A stretch of 64,000 bases of DNA, taken from positions 12,834,001 to 12,898,000 of the forward strand of contig OZ059899.1 in NCBI GenBank assembly GCA_964057225.1, read 5' to 3'. Under the pieces are notes generated by a model. The model was not told the origin of the DNA. It saw nothing but the letters and a program-made list of their open reading frames with translations, and searched no databases. Position numbers and translations under genes: made by a program. Of this stretch, positions 1 through 13,326 are shown piece after piece (within the stretch, counting starts at the first letter, position 1; each line of letters begins with the position of its first letter). This stretch comes from Auanema rhodensis (taxonomy: Eukaryota > Animalia > Nematoda).

Positions 1-1100
1 CCATTCTTTCTGGCCTGTCCTTCTTGATTGCTTCCATCTCTACTGTCTCTCTCTCACTCTCTCTCTCTATGGTGAACCTGTCGTTTCATGCTCAAAAGAT
101 TCATATTTCGTTTTTTTTTCCAAGCTTCTGGTTCCTTACTTATAATACATATAGAGCATATAATATAGTCTATATTATGCGTTATAGTTTGAATGATCAG
201 ATATTATTTATAATTATTTATTTATTTAAAAGAATTATAAGAAAAAAACGATGTTTTCAACATATTTACTATATATATATACATATATATATATATATAG
301 AAAGATAGATAGATCTAGTTATCTATCTATATTATGCCACATTCGAATATTATATGATTTTTTTCTTATATAATATAATATAAGATTATATATTGAAAAA
401 GGGAATTTTGTTTATTCTGTTTATGTATCTGTTGCGTGACAAACTAGCTAGGGCTATGCCTATAGGCTTCTCTTCCCGTTCATCGACTTCTAGATTCGTC
501 TGACACATCCTTATTCTCTTCTTCTTCACCCCTTTTTCAATATTTTGTCTTTCATTTCATCCGTCTTTTCCGTCTTCATCTTCTTCTTCTTTTTGTCCAT
601 TTCTATTCATCTTATATACTATATGTATAATGTCTAGTTAATATGTGTATAGTTAATGATATATTTTATTTTAAAAATATATATACATATAATTGATTGA
701 CATAATAAGTTAGTTATGTATATTTGAATAGTTAACGTTTAAATATTTCTTTATATCATCATTCATATATGATCTGCTGAATATTGTTGTCTCAAAGAGA
801 TGTTGAAATAAATTATTTCAAATATTATTTTATTTTAAACTATTATTATTATTATCTGGAATTATATTTTCTATAATATTTCTACATATACTTCAATCTA
901 TTCACCTATTTTGCTATTTACTTTATAATTTCTTCACTTTACTACTATATGATGTGACTAACTTCATAGATTATACTCTTTACTTTCGCTCATTCACCCC
1001 CCCCCCTTCTCTCTCCCCCACTTCAACCAGTTACATCTGCTTTTTCTCATTTCTCTCTGTATTCCTGCTTCATATCGCACTATCGCAAAGTCAAATCGAA

Positions 1101-1367
1101 TCACACAGAGAGACATACACAGATAGAGCGAGAGAGAATGTTCATTTTGATTATAATCCCAATGGTTCTGCCCGAATATGGCTCAGCTAATGCTGCTGAT
1201 GGTGTGAAGGCCATGTTGGTCATGAACACAGAGTTCAACGAGTCATCATAATACCGTCTCGCCTGGCTGCAGCTACGGGGTGCCTCGGACATGCCACCTG
1301 CTCTGCGACATCGAACATGAGGATAATCCGTCTTTTCACTACTAATATGTTTCTGATCATTATCTTG
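1101..1367 (-). CDS. Possible coding exon of an unidentified gene running leftwards
   Basis: GC-richer island in very AT-rich DNA. The minus frame is open for about 88 codons (QDNDQKHISSEKTDYPHVRCRRAGGMSEAPRSCSQARRYYDDSLNSVFMTNMAF...). A possible GTATGT donor lies near 1118. No recognisable homology. Confidence 0.3.
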   Translation of the reverse strand, partial: QDNDQKHISSEKTDYPHVRCRRAGGMSEAPRSCSQARRYYDDSLNSVFMTNMAFTPSAALAEPYSGRTIGIIIKMNILSRSICVCLSV

Positions 1368-2806
1368 TTAGTAAAACTAACAACTTATTGATGATATAAG
1401 CTTTTGCCTTTAATTTGTATGAAAGAAAGAAGAAAAAGAATAGTGATTATAGCAAAATCTTCATGTTGCAAGTACATATTTATATTTTTGTAAATGATAA
1501 TTATTTTATATTATTGAATAACTTGCTAATTTTATTCAAGTATAATATAATATATATATTATTTAATTTTTATATATTATTTATATAATATTAGTAAATC
1601 AATTTAAACGGTGATACATATGTTTTTTTTTCTTCTTAAAAAACAATTTATTAGAAAGTAAAGACATATTATTAATAATTTCTAATATATTATATAATAT
1701 AATTATAATTATAATTATATATCTACGTATATATATATTATATATAGTTTGCAAATGTATTATAATGCACAATGAGCACAGCCTCTCTCTCTCTCTCTTA
1801 TACAACCGTTTGGAAATACGTTTGATTTGAATTCACGCGTGAGCTGCAAATGTACGTGAAACACGAGTTTATGCTAATCCAGTTAATTCTCATTCCTTTT
1901 TCTTGTTTTTTTCCTTTGACAACTAAAAATAATGAGAATAGGTTTACAACGTCATTCAGAAGAATCTATCTTGTTTTGTTAAAAAATATTTTGTTTTGAA
2001 AAAGAAAAAGCATTTTATTATTTGTAATGGTTAAGGCTTAACATAATAGTTTAAGAGCTAATCCAGTGATTTTTCTAAATTTGTAAAGAATTAAGAATGA
2101 AACAGACAATACAGCATTGTCTTTACAATGAATATTCATCATTTTCTATAGCTTGAACAAAGTTTGTACTTGAATTACTTCAATTACTATGGGAATGACT
2201 TTTAATCCTGACCGATTTGTCTTGTCACGTAATGTCAAGTACTTCCGTTAATTCCATATTTCGACTGATGTAACTAGATTGTGTATTGCATCACATGAAT
2301 TTTGAATAGAAAAGGTGCGAATAATGAGTTATATAGGATGTCGTTGAACAGTACCATGTCCCACCTGTCTGGGGCCAAATCATCAGGTTGGAGTCATGAC
2401 ATGAACCAAGATAACGACTAAAGAGAATAGAAGCAAATCTGGAGTTATATCTGCTTGCCTTCTGCCTCTTCATATCATCTTCTCTCTCTCTCTCCTTTTC
2501 TTGGATGTATGTCCTATTCTATACCTAACCCTCCTAGTAAGCGCAAAACCTGCTAATCCTGTTAATTGCGTCATTATTATCTTATATAATAACAATATGT
2601 ATTATACATATCTTATATTGTATAAAGAGCAGTGAACATTCATATAATTTCATTTTTTAAATGAAATTATTAATTTACTTCATAAACTTCCTTAATTTTG
2701 TAAGAAAAATAGAGAAGCATAATGGGCTGCAGCACATACTCGTAGATATAGTTAAACATATAAAATTAACTAAATTATAACTATAATTAGTATAATTAAT
2801 CCAGTT
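1154..2806 (+). promoter_or_regulatory. Cluster of TAATCC (K50 homeodomain-type) motifs, putative enhancer
   Basis: TAATCC at 1154, 1324, 1875, 2059, 2203, 2554 and 2797, all on the + strand. GCTAATCCAGTTAATT (1873-1888) and GCTAATCCTGTTAATT (2552-2567) differ at one base. Confidence 0.45.
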
Positions 2807-3434
2807 TATATCATTTACTCTTATAATTCTTTTTTTCTTCTTCTTTTTAAATTAAAATTAGAAATAAGAATTTCATTTATTACTGTTATCTTTTTTTTGC
2901 TATTTAGTTTTCTTTTTCTTTTGTTTTATCAATCAAATAATTAAAAACCAAATAATGTTGAGATATAATCAAACCTACGTTTGAATATTTAGCTTGCTGT
3001 CCCTTAATTTTCCACTTTTTCACAGTTTCTTGTGAGAAAGGTGAGGAGGAAAAAAGAGAACATATGAATGAAATGATGAGAAAGATCAGTGAATGACGAC
3101 GTCAACAATAACGATGATGACAACGTCTCATCGTCTGAAGCCCCTTATTCGGCACATTTAAGCGATTTCACACATTGACAGATGCATCTTTCACATTTAC
3201 CGATTACACTGTACATGAATTGATATCACTGCGGGACATCAAACAGTCTTAAATCAACTAGTTCAATGAGCATGTTAATGAGCAAAAACTAGTCCAAAGC
3301 CTACATGATGGTTGTAAGAAATTGTAATAAGATTCTACCGTAATATTAAAAAGATTCATTACAGTTTGTGTATCATATTCACAGCTTTAAATAGAAAATA
3401 TGTGTAAATGTGAAGGGAAAGAGAATAACTGAAA

Positions 3435-3476
3435 GAGATAGATAGAGAGAGAGTGAGATAGAGAGAGAGATAGAAA

Positions 3477-3510
<34 letters not shown>

Positions 3511-3520
3511 TAGAGAGAGA
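3435..3520. repeat. Imperfect (GA)n/(GATA)n microsatellite
   Basis: Directly visible gagagagataga run of about 85 bp. Confidence 0.9.
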
Positions 3521-3964
3521 AAAGCGTCATATAGTTCATGTTGCTATGTTTGTAAAATAAAAACATAATATTCATGTAATAAACTTTATTTTCAACAGAT
3601 TACTTGTATACTTGTATTGAGATAAGTGCGCACAATAGGGTGAGAGTGAGAGGGTGTGAGATTCAAATGATGAAAACGACGTCAAACTTATGAATATATG
3701 AGAATGAAATTGTCCCTTAGGGAGTAGAGCACGAAAGACGTGAATGAGAACATGAATATGTAGTTGTGAGTGCAAAAACCCGTTAATTATGAGGGAAGGA
3801 TAGCTAGCAAGAAAAGCTAAATCTAGGCTATATTTTAGTGGACGAAGCATAAGTAAGATGTCAATTTGAGTAAACTTCATGAAGTAATATTAGATGATGT
3901 TAGATGCTAAATGAAGGAAACAAAGCGAAAAACTAGGAAATGCATGTGAAAAAGAGGAAAAAAG

Positions 3965-4978
3965 CTAATAAGATTCCTTTTTCATGTTGGGACCAGATAT
4001 GCTGGATGAAACAGGCGTTCCTGAGCTCACACATCCAATGCATAAGCATGGCTGTCCGAAAAGTTTTAGACAATGAACTAATGGAAAATTCAATATTGGG
4101 ACTAGAGCAGGGCCTGTATGAGCTTGAACTGTACCAGGAGTGGGAAGCTGCGTGGTTGTCATAGCGGAGACATAAGCGGAGTTCAAGGCTGAGGATGGAG
4201 CAGAGTTCAAAGGCTTGGGAACGAGGTTCTCCATTTGCTCTACGCTAAGCATAGCTTTTTCACAAATCATTGGAGCTGTTCGTTGGTTGGATGACAAGTT
4301 ATTAGGTGCTGATGGAGAAATCTTCACTGGAAAATTGTCTTTCGAAGAAGTGGTCGTTGGAGCCGGTGTAGGTACAGAGGTTACAGATGGCACAGACGAT
4401 GTAACCACGCGTCTAAGTTCGCTCACTTCTTTCTGCAAACGTTGATTCTCCTTCGTTAGCTGTCGAATCCTATAGAAGAGATATGAATGTAAAATTGATA
4501 GAGGAACAAGATGTACCAGTTAGATGCAAGCATGATCGTACTGATTTTGCTTAGCCGTCGCGAGTTTGCTTCTTGCCCGTACGGTAAACAGTTACGAAGT
4601 TCTTCGTGGGCATCATTCAAGTCATGCATACGACGTCTTTCACGAGAATTGATGGAAGTTCTCAATAGATTCTGTTCCTAAAAGTACACATTGCCAGAGA
4701 AATCATAAAAAAATCAAGAAGAAAGATAAAAAATTAAATTGTGGGAAAATGATGAATTTCATGACTTTCCTGACTCACCTCGTCATTCAATCCGATCATT
4801 TTACTTCGTGATTCACCCATATTTCTCTTCTTGCGAACATATGGCTCCATTTCCTCGTCAGCTAGTGAAGCCTGAAATTATCAAACAGTTTATTGAGAAT
4901 TTCATAATTAGAAAGATTATAAGTAGCAGCACCTACCATTCGATTCGCTCCAGGTGACACACTGCTGCTGCTGCTCAT
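3965..4978 (-). CDS. hlh-16: Olig-family bHLH transcription factor HLH-16 (4 exons; frame also open upstream to ATG 5095)
   Basis: Spliced: MSSSSSVSPGANRM|ASLADEEM...GLNDE|EQNLLRTSINSRERRRMHDLNDAHEELRNCLPYGQEANSRRLSKISTIMLASNW|IRQL..., closely matching the C. elegans HLH-16 bHLH as I recall it. GT-AG introns. Confidence 0.85.
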
Positions 4979-6465
4979 ATCTAACGCTATCAGACTGTCT
5001 GCAGTAGATGATTCTAAGTCGACTGCCGCTGTTGTCGCTGTCGTAGTCACCGGTCTCAAGATTATCTGAGAAGTGACTGTGACTGACCGATGCATGTCAT
5101 TGCCGTCTTGAGGCGACCCGTAGAGTTGAGTAGGAGGCGGCCAGATGAACCCCGCCCTACCGTATACGGTATTGAAGAAGAGAACGGCCTTCTGATATCC
5201 AAAAAGGTATATGTCGACGCATAAATAGGTAATTTTTTACTAATACGTATAACTATCTAGATATATATATATAGAAAAAACATTGTAAAAAGCTAATTAA
5301 ACTAATAATAAGCAGTTTAACTATATATACTTCTAATTTCAATCATTTTTTTACTTTTATTGTTGTAATTAAGTTAACAATTTCAATCTTTGATGTGTGG
5401 TGTGGAGACGTCAAAACGTCCCAAAACTAGCTTAATCTCTCTCGTATACCGGTTCGAAATGAAAAAAAGTGTGGGTGAGGTAGCCATGAATTCTAACATT
5501 ATCATATTCTAGTCCGATTATTGATAGTCAGCCCTTTTTTAGTGTTTGAAAATGAAGAAAATGGAGAGAACGACCATTCAATGTACAATGTACAGATGGT
5601 GAGAGTCGTATTGTAATGGAAAACGTAGGGCAACATTGACTCATATTCTTTTCAAAGTTGTGCGGAATGTTTTTTTGCTCTTTCGAATTTAAAGTTTCCT
5701 TTCATCTTGTCATTATTATTACAATTATTCAGCTGGATTCCATCATTGTTGACTGTTTTGATGAAAATATATTCTTCATATCAATCTAATACACGGATCA
5801 TCGTCGAGAATATGAAAAATTATCTGAGATCTATCTCTGATCAGTAGTAGAAAATAGACGGGAAGATAGAAAGAAAAGAGGGGGAGGAGAGAAAGAAGAA
5901 AAAGCATTGAGATATGAACCCTTTGACCCTAGCTTACTGATGATTTAGTACATTACAAGGTGTATTAAAGAAAGAAAAAAGAAAGACAGAAAAGATGAGA
6001 GCACAAACGGCTAAGGGAGAGCACAACGGAGAGAAGAATGAAGAACACAGCAGGCATCTTCTACTTCTAATATGCAGAGGCTGTCATTTGTCCATCTGAC
6101 AGCCCATTGTTGTTTTTGACCATAATGATCGCTTTCTCAGCAATCATCACTCTCCAATGAACCCAACTTAAAGAACAAATGGGTCGCAGAAAAGGCAATA
6201 TAGTGAGATATTGAATGAGTTTGAGTTTTTGAGATGGAGTTCAATGTCATATTATCGTCTAACCCTGAATCAAGAGCATTAATGAAGCCTTTTCTCCCAT
6301 AAAATAGTCCAAGGATCAAAGTTTTAAATATATCTATTAACATAATACACGCATTGAATAGTCAGCATAGTATACGCATAGTTTAAACTAGCAACATAAC
6401 AACAAAGTTATACGAAAAGCTGTTGTCTGGGCAACAAGTTTTGAAGTTATACTTCGCTTTTCGTA

Positions 6466-8323
6466 TCATTCTAGCTTTATTATTTGGTCAGCTTTTGGGT
6501 AAACAGGCAGTAAAAGTTGATAATCCGCAATCAGCTGTTTTGGTACAAATCGCCCTCCCACGTAGTGAGGTCCTGTCCAATTCTTTACACACATCTTCGG
6601 AGCCGTCAGCGAGATGATTCCGTGCGGTTTTATTGAAACCCCTTCTGATGGAGCACCTTTCTCCACATCCCATCCTGCAAAACATAAGAGAATATGACGA
6701 ATGAAATATTAAAAAAACGAGGTTTCGTTATTTCCTGCTAGTAGTTTGTCTCATTTTCAGCTCATTCTCAGGATACAACATGCTGTTCGTTATTATCCTT
6801 CTCTGTTTCTCTTTCTTCTTCTCTCCTTCTCTTCCTCTTTCTCTTATCCGTCCGGTTAGTTATTGCACAGCAGACGAAAAACATAAAACCACTGACTCAA
6901 TTAACTTATTAGCGTCTGCTATTTCATAATATCTATTAAAGGTTAACAGTCAGTGGGTGTTCCGTCTTTTCAATTCTTTCCTTTATAAGGTAATAATACA
7001 CAGATTAGTCAATTACTTGACCGATCATAGTAGTCCTTAAGACAATTGGTCAACGTCTGTCGAACACTTGTGGATCACGTGGATGAATGAAATATTGCAG
7101 TCAATATCCACAGATATATGCACTTCTCTTACTTATTCAGGCTCTATACTCAGCTATTAATAAAATGAAAAAATGAACCTGATGGAATGTCTATACAGAA
7201 GCAATAAACTTCAGATTCTACCACTTTCTGTATGATTTCCCCGTAAGGCTCACGCACTGGTGGCTTGAAAGAGAATCCAAATAAGGCATCTACAACCAGG
7301 CTGAAAGAGTTCAAAGATGGAAGAGTAGTATCTACAGGGATCTCTGGAATATATATAATGCAGACATGGAAGAAAATCTAATTGAATCAAGATGAGAATA
7401 GGAAGTGAAGACGTACCCATCTGTTGGCACTGAAGAACCAACGATTTCATCAGATCATTCCTCGATTCTTTAGGGTAACAGATATATGGTTCAAAACCCT
7501 GAAAAATATTTATTCAATATATTAGTCGACGAATGAAGAAAATGACTACTCAATTCACAGGTAAAATCAAGGAACTTACAAAAAACTTGAGATGCCTTGC
7601 ACAAACGAAGCCATCTCCTCCATTATTTCCAGGACCACATAGTATTAGAACTTTACCTTAAAAAGGGAAAGTGCGAACTGACCGAAATGAATCAAGGGTA
7701 CCAAAACTTTAACATAACTCAGGTGATTACATGCCGTTGTGGAATATCAATAAGCCTCTTTAAATCATTATTCAAAATGCAGATAACACTAGATGGCATG
7801 CTCTCCGACATATTTCCATCAATACGACTCGGTATTTTCTATTTCGTCACAACAAATGTATCTCATTGATGCAAGATTTTCATTTTCATACCTTTCCGAA
7901 CAAACTATCATATTTCTATTGTATTCGGAATTAAATCCTTTCTACTTATTAAGTTTTACTTTTTAAATTAGACTATTAAAAACCTTTAGGATATTGAGCG
8001 TGAACAGCTTTAGCACAAGCCAGACCAGCCAATTCCATAAGTTGCTCCACTTTAAAGCCATATGTGGTAAACAAATCTTCATCAATTTTTGCAGCGATTT
8101 CTTGGCTAAAATTTCAAAAATAATTAAATCCTTTTTGGTCGCTAGCAGCCTTTGTACCTTAAATAGCCGACATCTTTGCGACTGAAAACAGATACCATTG
8201 TGTTTGGGTCAGAAAAACAGATGCTGTATACCTGAAGCGGCTCAACAATTTTGTTTGGTGGTTAGAAAAAAGGCCATTCCCAACAGTATGTATTTTCAAA
8301 AAATTAAACAATTTTAAATACAT
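6466..8323 (-). CDS. NAD(P)H-hydrate epimerase (NAXE/APOA1BP, YjeF-N)
   Basis: Exons give [76 protein letters not shown]|WDVEKG and SLTAPK...HYVGGRFVP, all YjeF-N signature motifs. Mostly missed by the ORF track. Confidence 0.93.
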
Positions 8324-9976
8324 ATTATAAAATCAATGTCCAGATCAGTGAGACCAAAAAACACGCACAAAGAAAGCCTGCTCCATTGCTAAAATGTGAT
8401 CCAATGAGAAAACCTATTTAAATTCCACTTTAGCGGGTTACTACGGCTATACCTAGCCGTTTAGCGTGTTCTTATACATCATCATATAAGACTATCTACG
8501 GATTTCAATAATGACCAACTGTTTATTATCGCCAGCATAGTATGTATTTATTAGTGTTCTTTAAAAATCCTGTTTGTATCAGAAAAATTATAATAGTTTT
8601 TTTTAAGATATGAAACACTAAATTTTTCAAATTTCTTGAGAAAAGTAGTTCCATGTCCAAAACTGACATAAGCGTTTCTGCCGAAAAGAACAAAGAACGG
8701 AAAAATCTTTAAATTTTCCCCAAGGCTTACAACGTTTTCAGTTATATTGTCTAGTCTAACATTGTATTATCACGTTTTCTTTTTGTTTTTTTCCATCCGA
8801 TTAAATTTTGAACTTCTGCTCTTAGACATGAGGAAGAACAGCCCAAGCTCGCCTGCTCCATGCCAATATCTTCAAATGTTAAACTAGTTATTAAGTCTTC
8901 AGTTGTGATACAAAATTTTGAGCTTTAACCATGTTATGGAAAAGAAACCAGTTCGATTGTGGGATACTTACTGTCTTGTTAATTCGACTTTACTTATGTC
9001 AATTTTGTTTAAATCACGATGTGAATGTGACATCGTTGTTATCATCAATTGGTACTGTTAAGAATGAGTTGCAATTTCAGTCTTCAAATAAATCTGGGTA
9101 GTTCTTTTGTCATTTTTGTCTGGACATCATGATGCTTGCCCTTTTTTATCTCCTTTTCAATAATATTTTAAAAGTTTTACATAACCTGGCACTCTTCCGT
9201 TGTATTATTGCTGATTTCAATGGTTCTTATCACTAGCATACCTTACGCAAAGGCATAACCGTATGTTTATATCTTTTGGCTCTTCTCATACCCGTCTAGA
9301 CTGATTTCGGTTTCGTGTTCATGCCAATCCATAGATCCGCCAATCGTTACCGCCTCCGTTTTGTGAGATCAGCAGGCTTGTTCTCCCTTGACTTCACGCT
9401 GAATCAATGATCATGACCCGCTTCAAACGGATTAATTAATACTTTTTGTAATATAAATCTTAATTTCAATTATGTTTATTTTTCTTTGTCTCCGTTGTTT
9501 TCAATGTCCGCTCTGCGTGCGGTATGTGGTGAGCGCCGCTTTTATCGATCCAAGTCCCTGCTACGCAGCCTCACACGCAACACGGGCCCCCATCATAACT
9601 AATTCCTTTTTTTTCAGATTAATTCCCGTTTCTTACTATATTTTTCTATCAATTTAATGAAAAATATTAACTCTAGATTATTATTTTTTTGATTTTCGTT
9701 ATTAAAGTTCTCCTTCCAACATTGTTTTCGCATATGAGGGCCTCTGTCTCGTTCGGCCTCCATTTCTTGGATGCTTATCTATTATGATTTTTATGTTGAA
9801 AATCAGATTTTGTAATTCATTTTTTTCTAGGAAGAGAACAGGGTTGTGGGCAGGATTTCCTGCTTTCCTGTTTATCATTGAGGATTAATCGGAGATATTT
9901 TATAGGTGCAACCACAGAATGTAAGCTTTTCTTTATTTTTTTATTCTTTTTTATTTTATTTTGTGCTTTTAGAACT

Positions 9977-11518
<1,542 letters not shown>

Positions 11519-12330
11519 TTTGTGTTGTAGTAACTTTAACGACCACTTTTCCGAGCAGTACCTAATCAGTCGGTACTACTTAACTAAAGCACCTCTGTGT
11601 CCGTTTTGTATATAGTCAGCTAAATTTATTGAGCCGGGATTTTTGTTTGGTTGACCGTGTAGAGTCCGCTGCTATTTAGCCTATGAAGTCTTTGTTGTCT
11701 ATTTCGAGTCCCCTATTTTGATTATTGACGTATGGATTTTGATTATTTTTATTTAAAAAGGCAGCTTTGCTGCTTATCCACTTTCGCATATGATGTTTAG
11801 TTATTAAACTAGTGAGGCCCTGGTCGGCGGCTCAGACCTGTACTCCTCTCAACGTCTTTTTCTTGTATTTTGTGTCTTGTCCCCACTCCTCCCTCGAACT
11901 TTGTATTGCCACTTGCCTTTATGACGATTGAAAGAATAGTAGCTTGTGGTTTCCAAGAAGTCATTTCATTTTTTCTATTCCCAGCGTAGTTTCATATTAC
12001 TTGTCGTCAACTTGGCAAATGGCCTTCTGAGGCTCTTTTAACGTAGCGGCATCGAGTCGTTCTCTCTATATGTCCAATCATCTTGAGAAAGGGTATGATG
12101 TCTTGTAAATTACTAAAGGCTGAATAAAAGAATTTGGCGTATTTATATAAATAAACGAAGGACTCATTGTTTTTTATTTTTATTTGTTTTAAAATCTATT
12201 ATAGTTATGATATTTACATGGCGTCTCTGACTGAGAAAAGTGAAACCGAGGAAAATATAGGGGCATCTTATGTTTTTTTATGTACAAGTTATGTTAAAGC
12301 TCGTAAGAAAGTGTTTTGAAGAAAAGGAAT

Positions 12331-13326
12331 TCAGAAGCGATAGATTCTGGCTGTTGTTGCTTTCTCCATAGCACAACGGATAGGACCCGGTAAGAGGTTG
12401 GCGGAGCATTTGCCTTCTTGAACCATGCAATTGACTTTAGCATAGCACAACGAGGACAATCGATTAGGCTCACGGTGGTGAGGAAGAACTACTCGAATCT
12501 AAAAAGAACATTCAAAATTACATGAATCAGATATATATTTGGTTCCATACTTCTTTGGTACTACCGAATACATCGACTGCTGCATACAAAAGCTGATCGG
12601 AAGGAATTTGACCTACTTCGGGGCATACATCGAAACCATTCAGAACAACATGCAGTCTAAAATGTTTGCTTCCTTGATACTCTTGAGTTTTTTTTTGGTT
12701 TAGATTTTTTAAATTGATTTCAACAAAAGTGCAACCGTTCTGCTGGTTCTGTTCAGTTTGAATGATAAGAACGTTTTACGTATATCTAATGCTATAAAAC
12801 GTTTGTGGTACTGTTCGTTCATAACTAAAACTAACCTAGGTCGACCAGTTTTACGTTCATAATATACACCAATTAAGGATCCTTCCTCAGTTGGTAAGGC
12901 TTGTGAAGCAGGCTCTGAGGTAGGGACCATAGAAGGTGATATCGATAATAACCAGGAATTACGTTCGAAATCACTATAAAAATTCTCGTGATAAAAGAAA
13001 GCATACAGTATATGAACCTGATAGATGGCCTGAGGTCGGGTTGAACAACGGTTAGCCCTACTCTTAAGTGACCGGACCAACCTCCTTCTACAGCTTCGAT
13101 GGAAACGAAAAAATACTCATTTTCACCGAGAGGTCGATCCGAAAAAACTACGCCCTGAAATTCAAATTGAATTGATATTGTGTAATATTGATACACAAAC
13201 TTTTTCAAAACTAGCTCTTCTCAAGGCGCGTTGACGATGCTCTAAAAGCTCAATATTTTCCCCATGAAAATTGTGAAATAGTATAGGATTATGAAGAGAA
13301 TCGGTATTTATTGAAGTTAGCTCCAT
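12331..13326 (-). CDS. NEURL2/Ozz-like protein (NHR domain plus C-terminal SOCS box)
   Basis: FHNFHGENIEL...RRASFEK|GVVFSDRPL...GGWSGHLRVGLT (NHR start), LHVVLNGFD...LYAAVDVFGSTKE|IRVV (NHR end), then LSSLCYAKV (BC-box-like) and LLPGP (Cul5-box-like). Confidence 0.8.

Noticed and set aside
445-470. Short palindrome GCCTATAGGC resembling a telomere-addition or DNA-elimination site
   Set aside because: Too short, no TTAGGC array, and I cannot match a defined motif reliably.
24-3880. Most ORF-track ORFs in the first 3.9 kb
   Set aside because: Translations of AT-rich and microsatellite DNA (SLSL, IYIY), with no coding signature or consistent splice structure.
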